A stretch of DNA of 64,000 nt from Cercozoa sp. M6MM (taxonomy: Eukaryota > Protista > Endomyxa: Ascetosporea): NCBI GenBank assembly GCA_040357565.1, contig JBDODJ010000033.1; one strand, written 5' to 3'. The translations under genes and the position numbers were made by a program. The notes under the pieces were generated by a model. The model was not told the origin of the DNA, made no database searches, and worked only from the letters and a program-made list of their open reading frames with translations. Of this stretch, positions 53,025 through 64,000 are shown piece after piece (within the stretch, counting starts at the first letter, position 1; each line of letters opens with the position of its first letter).

Positions 53025-54117
53025 CTAGTGGACGCCGAGGAACTCGAGGAAGGTGGCATTCGACGCGATCCGTCGCACACGCAGCATGCAGCGCAGGTAG
53101 GCCTCCAGCAATGCCCTCCTCCTGCAGACAGAACACATGCAAGAGAGGGAGAGGGGATCGAGGAAGGGAAGTGTACTGCTCGATGAACTCAGAGTCCATG
53201 TGGTCGCTGAGCATCTTGGGTCGTCGCGGCGGCAGCTGCGGCATCGTCTGCAGGAATTCCTGCACACGCACATATACACATAAATATTCACACACACAGA
53301 CACAGACACAGACACAGACACAGACACAGACACAGACACAGACACAGACACAGACACAGACACACAAGTACAGCAGGGTTGGTACCACGTCGAGACGGAA
53401 GTCGGCGCGGAGCTTCTCGTCCATGGCGAAGAACTGCGTGTAGCGCTTCAGCACGGTCCACTGGCCAAAGCTCTGCCGCTTGTTGGCGTTGCTGACGTCG
53501 ATGCGGTAGATGACGTGATCGCCCACGTGTCGCACCGATGGAATGCGCACGTCCGTGATCTCCTGTGCACACCATTAGTGTGTCAGTGTGTGCAGAGAAG
53601 GAAAAGGGAGGGGAGGAGTGCAACATGGCGTGGATGCAGGCTACCTGCGTTTTGGGGAACTCGATCGGACGCTCCAGCGGCGGCAGGTGCGCGTCGGCCT
53701 CCTCGTTCTCGAGGAGCTCGCCACCGTCGGTCAGGAAGGCCGTGAAGGCAGGCAGCGACTTGAGCGTCGGCATCGCCAGCGATCGCGTGATCTACACATA
53801 TGCAAATACACACAGACACACAGACACACAGCAGCGAAGACAAGGGCAAACACACAAAGTTGTCGAGCAGCACGAGTCGCTCCTGCAACAGGTGCGGCGA
53901 GTCTGCGGGTGTGCACATAGGCATAGACATAGACCGGAGACACAGACGCATACAGGCATAGACACAAACCATATGCACATACATAGACGTAGACACAGAG
54001 ATAGAAACATAGACGTCGACATTACCATGCGCGACGAGGAGCTTTGGCGTCTTGGGCGGCAGTCTCGGCACTCGCACGTTCGGCGAGTGCTGCTTGAGTG
54101 TCTGTGCACACACACAT

Positions 54118-54154
<37 letters not shown>

Positions 54155-54488
54155 AATAAATACACACACAGACAATGAGAGAGGCACCTGTCGCAGAGAC
54201 TCAAAGGCGCTGTAGCGACGCCAGACGCGCCAGGCAGATCCGTCCTGCAAGACAACCACGTACAGCCCAATGCTCCATTCCCCACATTGGTTAGTCTACG
54301 AGAGTCTTGCTCCTAGAGTATTGCTACCTCGCCAATCATGACAATCGAGTATGTGATCACTTCGTCTCCCGCCGCCCGTGACTCCACCTGCAGAAGGCGA
54401 CAAGATGCCACGTTCCTCATGCGAAGTATCAAAACTCAACAACAAATGCTACCACACGGGCACTCTGAATTGTGCGAGGCGCAGACAT
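53025..54488 (-). CDS. Tandem double-PX-domain protein (sorting-nexin-like)
   Basis: PX1: ITYSIV...WRVWRRYSAFESLRQ|TLK...PRLPPK...LQERLVLLDNF...AFL. PX2: VIYRIDV...WTVLKRYTQFFAMDEKL...PQLPPRRPK...EFIEQ|RRALLEAYL...FLEFLGVH*. Confidence 0.85.
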
Positions 54489-56353
54489 TGTTTTTTCTGC
54501 CCTTTCTGCCCCTCGTGACCACTTGTGCGGAGCGTGCTCTATTGGCGTGCACGCGAAACTAAAAACTAAAGTGCACACACGCTGGCACACTCAGCACAGG
54601 CGGTACCCGGAGTTTGATCGCGTGGGCCTGGACTCGCACTGTGAGCTTTAACGACACGTGCAACCTAATACACGTGTGCGCACACTCGTTGAGTACACAG
54701 CAGCTTGATGCGAGCACTTTGGCGCTCAATCGTGCAAGTCCAAAAAAATAATAAGAGTGCAGTTATTCCTGGCACAGCCGAGGTTTAAGGTCGTAGCATG
54801 CTACGGTGTAACAGACAATGTCTTACAACCAGCTGGACGCTCATAACCTGCTTACTGTCAGTCTGGGTCAAAAACGCGTTTTGGGTCAATTTCTGACTGG
54901 GGAGTTTCTGCCTCCGGGCTTTAGGCGCCGTTTCCGCGACCCCAGTGTTGTGCGGTGTCGACTTGCTGCACAAGAAATGAAACCTGATTTGGCAAACATC
55001 TAGGTCGACAAAGTAGTAACACGCCCGTGCTCCACACGCGAACTTACTTCGCACGTTTGGGCGAAGGTTCACCACGACGAGATGTATAGATAAAGAAAAT
55101 CTCGGCTTCATTCACTAGAGTTCTAAATCGTCAACTCGCTTGCTTGCAGCACTACTGAAGGGTAGGTCAACCAATAGGCAGACACACCGAGTGTCTAAGA
55201 TCCCGTGAAGGTGGGCCCGTTTTGTGCTGGACCGTTAACGATTGAGTACTAAGGCACGCATAGTGGTCTATTCTCTGTGTGAGTCTGTGTGCAGCTTAAC
55301 GGGCAGGTTTTAACATTTGAACTATTATTTTGTCTGTCCTTTTTTTTTTGTTTTTTTTTTTTGTATGGTTATTGTTGATATAACTGTTTTGTTTTTTGAG
55401 TGAAGGAAAATGATTTCGGAGGCCACACAGACGACGTCTCCTTCCACCAAAACACAACGCGATGTCGCCATTCAGGTCGGCGCACCTGCCAACATGTTGA
55501 GCGCCAGCGTTGAGTCGCAAGGTACTGCAGACGACTGACTCTCTGTCCCCTCGCATCCTGCCAGCACTCTGTCATCTGCGCACACGTACTGTAGTTGCTC
55601 GCGTCTTGCTGCGCTTGAAGCACGAGAGAGTCCTGCACGAGACAGCGCAACGAGGCCAAGTCTTTGAAAAGTACCAGGTAGCACACTTCGTATGCATCCT
55701 GTATCTGCTTGTATATGATGATACTCAGGCTGGTTTTCTTTAGGGCCTCAATGCTCACGTCAAGGTGCATCGCAACGCCGAGCGTCGTGCACAGGAGGCT
55801 GCGGACGCTGCCGCTGTAAGAACTGTTGTCACCGCGGATACTCAATCGCAATAAGTCCAAGTCAAGTCGCTCTTCTCGGCTTTCGTCCCGTCATGCTTTC
55901 GTCCAAGTCTCCGTCCGCCTGTCGTCGTTGCAGCACTCGAGGCACCACCCACTCCCATTGTTTTATCAGAGCAAGCCACCCACAACTGTACAGCCGGCAT
56001 GCCCGATCGTCATTCATTGCTCACTCACTTTGCTTAGTCCCCTGATCTAATTTACTAACGTAAAACGACACCGTCTCTCTCTTTGAGTTATTTCAGTTCG
56101 ACTTTCAGTTTCAGTTCTTGTGCAGAATTTGATGTTTCAGCACAATGACAGGACACCATGATGGTCTTTGGCCGGTTTGACCAAACTTTGCAAAACAGTT
56201 CACTGCACTTCAGTCGCAGTTCTTTTTGGCATGACTGAGCTGAGATGTGTTTCGCGCGGAGCAAGTAGTCAGCCAAGTAGATTCATTGATGTTGACAATA
56301 ACACGACAGTGCGGTAGGTAGGCACTAAAGAAAGCAACTTGAAAATGCGTCGA

Positions 56354-57127
56354 TCAGCGAGGAGTGGGAGTGACGGCTCCGACTCGGATGCTGGTGTCGG
56401 CGCTGCCGAGGCCTTGCGCCTTCGTGTGCGCGTGCAGAGGGTGCTGTTGCAAGTGCTGCTGCACGCGCTGCTGCTGCGCACGGCGGTGCTGTAGCACGAC
56501 CTCGTGCAATGCGCGCTGCTCGGCCTGCGCGTGTGTCTACACCGGCAGTCATGCATTGACATTAATTGACACACAGACACCGACATGTACACACACACAC
56601 ATACACACAGACACAGAGAAAGAGAGTGCTGAGGGCGAAGGCTACCCTGGCAGCCCTCAACTGTTGCACGGTGTCGTCGGCCTCGGCAGCGATCTTGTGC
56701 GTCTGCGGTCAGGTCAGGCAGTGAGAGTTGACACAAGCTCTATGAGAGTGAGTGTATAGACACCAGTTGCGCCAGTCGGCACAAAATGTCCGTGTGCAAG
56801 TCCGTGGGCGCATCGGCGCTCACTGCAGCTATCTGCGAAGGTCGCGTGAAAGACTCCTTCTCAAAGTCTTTGAGATCCTGTCAACACAACAGTCTATCCT
56901 GCACAGGTAACTCGGGGCGGGGGGGGGGGGGGACCCGCAACAACTCCTCGGTGAGTGCGTCGACTTCGCCGGAAACATCGAGGAGTTGTACCAAAGGTGA
57001 CTCTTGCACTAACTGCAGAACAACAACAATTATGTCAATGCAGGCGAGCTGTGTCCAAGCCACATGGTCTCGAACGCACCTTGAACGCGTCGACTTTGTT
57101 GTCGCGTAATCTATTCAACATTTCCAT
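56354..57127 (-). CDS. Hypothetical coiled-coil protein
   Basis: GT-AG exons MLNRLRDNKVDAFK|, LLDVSGEVDALTEELLR, DLKDFEKESFTRP..., IAAEADDTVQQLRAAR| and QRALHEVVLQHRRAQQQ...PR*. Confidence 0.45.
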
Positions 57128-57357
57128 GTTTCAGCGATCCAGCGGATGTACACGTGAGTACACACCGTAGAGCAACATTCAATCACGCTGAAACGCTGAA
57201 ATGAAGTTGCTGTCTGACGCATGGGCTCATCGACTCTGGAAGTCGAGCCGACAGCAACAAAAGTGATCGAACATTCCACCTATACAGTTGTACTCAGCAT
57301 CTTCTTGCGTGTGTGGAGACTGCTTTTGTACTGTGGAACACAATAAAATAGCCTATC

Positions 57358-59018
<1,661 letters not shown>

Positions 59019-59611
59019 GATCCGAATCCCGATCCATCGCGTCACGTGCACGTCGGATCGGATTCGTCGCGTGCGATAAACCGAACGAAACGGACTTTGC
59101 TTCACACTGAAACGTGTATATGGCACCTACGATGGCTCACTGTGCGCATTAAAGTGCTGTCAGTTCACATCAAATGCGACCACACGTCGCGTCACGTCAG
59201 CTAACATTGGTGGTGAGTCCAGACTCCAGACCTCAGCTCGCATTGAAGTGACGCCAGTTCATATTGCCGTTAGATGTACCAGCTCACATTAGATGTGACG
59301 TAAGATCAAATAGAGTTTGAAGATTGATGCTACTTCGCTTCTGAAGTGATCGGATATCGTACGGTACGTACGGACGGTATCGTATGAACGTAGGTAATTG
59401 AACTCGTACGTAATGCAGTGCATACATCAGAATATAAGTGTACTGCGCTGTACGCGTGGGTATCATAGCGTAGCGTAGCCTGGACTGACAGATACACCTG
59501 TGACGTACTAGTCGAGTACCGTCTCGATCGGTACCGCGACATTCGATGACTCGACTGCCAAGAAATCGACGCGAAATCCTGGACGTACGCTCCATCGGAT
59601 GGCATTGAACA

Positions 59612-61207
59612 TTACTTCTTTTTGGACTTCTTGCCTTTCTTGCCCTTCTTGCCTTTCTTTTGAGATGCCCTGAAGGCCAAAACTACGGAAGAATAGCTAC
59701 GTTGACGCAGCACATGACTAATAAATACGGTGAACTTACACATTTGCGAAAGAACTTCAGATGCGACTTCGTTCTGATTCCGTTCGTTGCGGACCTGCTC
59801 TTCGTGCTCACGCTCGACCTTTTCTTCTGCCCAACGTCGCTCTTCAAGCTCGTCCTGCAACAAAGGGACACTTGTTGAGTAGTGTAAATGTCAGTGCGTG
59901 GCGTGAATAAGAGGGAATACCGCTAGTGCTTTCAGTTTCTCGTACTCGGAGCCGCTCACAGCAAGTTCTTCGTTCAACGCCCTTCTTTCATGCAGCAGTG
60001 ATAGCATTTTTTTATCGTAGTGTTGCATCAACTCTTGTAGCTGCTTTAGAGTGTCGTCGAGTTGCTTTTGCAAATCTGCTTCGATGCTATCGTGACGAGA
60101 AGCAGCTTGTCCCAGCTGCTCGGTCAACTGCTGCGTTGACGTCTGCAAGTGAGCGCCTTCTTGCTCGACTTGGTCGATTAGAGCTTGCTTTCGCCTTTGA
60201 ATGCTGTCGTCGATTTCTTGTCGCAGTTTCTCGTTCTCTTCAGTGACTCTGTCGAGCTCATTTTGCAGTCGTTTGGCATGGGCCTCGGAAGAGCTTTCAG
60301 TTCGCTTGAACAAGTTGTGGACCTTGTGCAGCTTCTGAGTGATGGCTCGCTCTTGCTCCTGCAGAGCGTTCCTTCGCGTGCGCAACTCAATTAGTTGTGC
60401 TTCAGGTGAACCGCTTTCGTCAATGGAATCTCCTCCGTCGTAGCTTTCAGTTTTTTCTGCGTCTGCTTCGATTTCTTCTTCACCTCGACTCTTCGTGATT
60501 CCGAGCGTTGCCGCCTGCAGCTTTTCTTCATTCACGTTGACGAAATCGATTAAGGTGGCAAAGGACTGCACCGGGTCGAAGCTAGCCTCCTTGATGGCAC
60601 TGGAAGCGGATGAATCCGAGTCGGAGTCCGATGCAGGTTCCGGTGCGTGTTGCTCTAACATGACTTCAAGTGTGTCTTTCAGTTTAGCGACATCCCTTAA
60701 GTCCGGCAGAACTCCTAGGACAGGAACGGCCCCAGGACTTTTTCCGGTGCGGTCTGTCAGAGTCGTCGGTGACACCGGAGCACACACTGCTTGTCGGCAA
60801 TGCCGCAAACATTCCGCTACCTCGCGCTGGATGTCAGAGTTGGCTCCTATGTCATCTCCACCTTTTCTGCCGAGTATGAGCACATCGGCTCTGCTGCTTT
60901 GAACTACTTCCTCTTTCGATCCTACGTTGGACCTTGGCTTTTTATCTAAGCGTTCATCTAGCGTCCGAAGCAATGCAATAGCTTCTTGCACCTCCGATGG
61001 CAGACGCTTCAGTTCGTCATCGGCGCGATACAGTTTCTCTGTCAAAAAGAGAGCGACACCAATCTCCTGTCGCGAGACATCAAGAATGTGTTGAAGCCAG
61101 TTCGAACTTGCTGGCGCTTCCCCGGCAGCTGGTTCGCCCACATCCTGAAACATATAACTCAGCAATATGCGAATTTAATAGTGAGCCACCTCTCCCAACG
61201 GCACCAT
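59612..61207 (-). CDS. DRC10: Dynein regulatory complex subunit 10 (IQCD)-like coiled-coil protein
   Basis: Long single exon rich in coiled coil, including LQELMQHYDKKM...EYEKLKAL|...ELEERRWAEE, a degenerate IQ-position segment and a basic tail KKGKKGKKGKKSKK*, as in DRC10. The start is uncertain. Confidence 0.6.
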
Positions 61208-61399
61208 ACCACCGCAGACTTGCGTTCAGGCATACTGACAGCCAAGGTGCCTCAATAACCGAAACAGAAACTACAGTAGAGGACTACGTCAGTTTCGAGT
61301 CCGCATAAATCGCTTTCTGTCAGTTCCGCGCGGCTTGAACCTGGCGAGACAAAATAAACTGCCAAAGATAGGTTTTGCATTTTAGACTGCAATACCAGA

Positions 61400-63061
61400 A
61401 TGCTAGCTCTTTGGGTGCTAGTGAGTTACCTGTTAGTCCTTCCGGGCGAGTCACTGGAGGAAACTGAAACACAGGGGGACGATGTCGATTTATTATTTGA
61501 GTCGCAGCGATATCGCTTCAAGCACGAGCACGTGTTGACGTTCGATAGGGCGGTCAGACGCTTTGGGCCTGGTGTTGTAGATAATACGCTCTCCGCAGAG
61601 GAACGCTTGTACAGCGCCGATGGCGTGATGGCAGGTGCTATCGCTCCGGCGACGGACATTGACCTGAGCATTGCCATTCGGCGGTACTTTAGACTGCAAG
61701 AGTCACGCAAAGCAACTCGCCGCATCAAGCGGCATGAACAGTGCGCAAGGCTACATGTGCATGAAGTCGAAGTAACTTCCTGGGTGCCACCTCATCGACT
61801 CGATCTACTGAGACGCCGACCGACGAAAGCGCTGCTCCTAGACGCACACCTTTTGCATTTGCTGGCAATGTTTGACCACTGGAACTCCACGAAAACGCTG
61901 CTGGAATTTTGCGGCAAAGAGACGAACTTTATGATGCAGAAAACGCACTTAATGACGGAGCGCGGCTTTGGCGCGGAGCATGGGACGACAACGGATCTGT
62001 CGGCGCTACACGTGAGTGCGATCTTTGGAGCAAGAAAGGTAGCAGCTGTGCTCGTGGAGGAGGAGGCACTCCTAGCCCAAACGGTAGCACAGCACGCGAG
62101 TGGACCGCATTCGCCGCTTTCGCTCGCTTTGCAGTGGAATGCGTGGCACCGATCGCCCAGTGCGGCGTTGCGCCTGCTGCGTATGTGCAGTGAGGCACGT
62201 GCAGCTGGCGACACCAAGCGAGACCGCGAGATCTGCGTGCGTGCCACGTCCATGGGACACGTGCCTGCCAAAGGACTGTCGGACGACGCCATTCTACACG
62301 GTGATCATCATGATGTGCATCCCGAGAGAGAGTTCGGCTCCCTGTACGACGGAGATTTTCAGCACCACCAAGAGCACAGACAGCTCGCGATGTTTCTGGC
62401 AGAGCATGAGGCCGTCGACGTCGACGATTCTCACATTCCGGCAACACATCGTGCACACCCGCCGCTGCACCTGGCCGCTGAAGTAGGAGGTACTCGCACA
62501 GTGTCACATGTGCTTGTTCACAGCGAGTCAAAGTGTTTGCACAGACCACGAAGTCGTCCATGCCCTCTTGAGGAGAGGTGCCACCCCAGATTTGTTATCA
62601 CACGGCGGCCACGGAGACAGCGCACTACACCGTGCTGCACGAGACGGGCATGCCCAAGTAGTTCATCTGCTACTTCGACATAAGGCTAGTTCGGAGGTGC
62701 TGTCGATAAGCGGAGAGACACCTGCCGATGTAGCGCATCGAGATGACCACACAGTCCGTACATTGATAAAGAACTGGCACTCGATTCAAAAGATGCGGCT
62801 TTACGTCACAGACGAGGTATCTTGCTTTCCTTGCCGATCCCTACTGCTCTGTGCCATATATAAGCTGGCCTCCTGTTACTTGTCTGCATAAATGTGTAGC
62901 TTAGTGATGGCATCATCACCCAGCCAGAGGAGGAACTGCAAGGCAGAGAACTCTACATTCACGAAAACGACAAGCAAGGTAGCAAGCAGCACGATCCTCA
63001 CCGGTGGCGACATGTGGACGATTCGGTTGATCCCCTGCAACAAGAGATACGCGGAAACTAA
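61400..63061 (+). CDS. Ankyrin-repeat protein with N-terminal signal peptide
   Basis: MLALWVLVSYLLVLPG; ankyrin motifs SALHVSAIFG, PPLHLAAE|.DHEVVHALLRRGA, DSALHRAARDGHAQVVHLLLRHKA, GETPADVA. Confidence 0.75.
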
Positions 63062-63139
63062 CTCGTCGCTTCCTTTAATTTGTGGAGGCAAGAGAAGCTC
63101 ATTCTTGACCCGCCGGTGACTACAGTTTGTGACCGTACG

Positions 63140-63299
63140 CGACTTTTCGAAAGGGGAGTTGGATGATGGCCCCACCCTAACGTACGCGGGCGGTGGACTA
63201 CGATCATGCGCTTTTGACCCACTCCAAGACTGGTACACGACAGGGGAACGACACAGTTTGTTTCTTAGTAGATTCCCACTAACCGAACTACTAACTAAT
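63140..63299 (+). mobile_element. Dispersed repeat copy C (LINE/SINE-like 3' end)
   Basis: Homologous to copies A and B with small insertions; ends ...ACTACTAACTAA. Confidence 0.65.
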
Positions 63300-63388
63300 C
63301 AAGCACACGCGCGACTGCACACGCGCGACTGCAGCGGAAAAAGTGACGCCGACGACTCTCGTCCGCCCGGTCAATCAGGCCGCACAAT

Positions 63389-63950
63389 CTACTTAAAGAA
63401 GAAGTCGTTCTGACCGAGGTCCTTCTTCATGATGGCAGCCACGGCAAGCTCAAAGTCCTCTTGCGTCACGTGCATACGTCGCTCACGCAGAGCAAACATG
63501 CCGGCTTCGGTACACACGGCCTTGGTCTACACAACAGAAACCAGCTACATATTCGATAAGAGTAAGCACGGGTTCGTACCTCTGCGCCGGAGCAACCGGT
63601 CATTTGCGCTGCGATCTTGCGCAAATTGACACCGCTGGGAACGAACATAATTTCAGTGCTCACGAAAGGACATCGGAATATAAGGGTACCGCATGAGGTT
63701 CATTTTGCGCGAGTGGATTTTGAGGATGTGCAAGCGCGCAGCCTGTGCAAAGTGACACAGTGCCCATTGCCAAAGCATGCCAAAAGCACAAAACAAACCT
63801 CGTTAGGATGCGGGAATTCGATCTTGCGATCAATGCGACCGGGTCGCAGCAGGGCCTGCAAACAGGGTTACACTCCACACGCACAGACAGACAGAAGAAA
63901 GGCAGTGGGTACCTCGTCAAGAATGTCGATTCGGTTCGTCGCCATAATCA
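63389..63950 (-). CDS. RPT6: 26S proteasome AAA-ATPase Rpt6/PSMC5, 3' part
   Basis: [12 protein letters not shown]|[28 protein letters not shown]|GVNLRKIA...SGAE|[28 protein letters not shown]. Confidence 0.95.
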
Positions 63951-63951
63951 A

Positions 63952-64000
<49 letters not shown>

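Noticed and set aside
55369-55860. 163-aa minus-strand ORF
   Set aside because: No ATG start, no recognisable motif and no convincing exon chain; it cannot be supported as a gene.

Overview
A gene-dense, intron-rich nuclear region of a microbial eukaryote. The organism is probably flagellate, since it carries a DRC10-like gene. Genes use the standard code and have short GT-AG introns, many filled with (CA/GT)n or C-rich (TTACCCC)n repeats; all N-gaps lie in or next to such microsatellites. Manual splicing gives about 20 protein genes: RRP12 (partial), FolD, a PH-domain PP2C phosphatase, MetAP1, two ankyrin proteins, an Arl8/Arl18-type GTPase, a cupin, PLAA/Doa1, a KDM2/KDM7-type JmjC demethylase, a type-B carboxylesterase, RAD18, an ABCB/MDR transporter, a tandem-PX protein, HspBP1/Fes1, DRC10, RPT6 (partial) and several orphans. 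The best candidate for a new system is at 19365-21189. This nuclear 11-exon gene has a mitochondrial-type presequence and about 200 aa of unrecognisable sequence, fused to only the last ~110-120 aa of complex I subunit Nad7/NDUFS2. That suggests a split Nad7 whose N-terminal part is encoded elsewhere. Also notable are three dispersed copies of a ~130-nt structured element with compensatory base changes and a (CTAA)n tail, a ~250-bp-arm inverted repeat, and strand-polarised telomere-like intronic heptamers. Gene boundaries come from hand splicing and were not checked against transcripts or databases.
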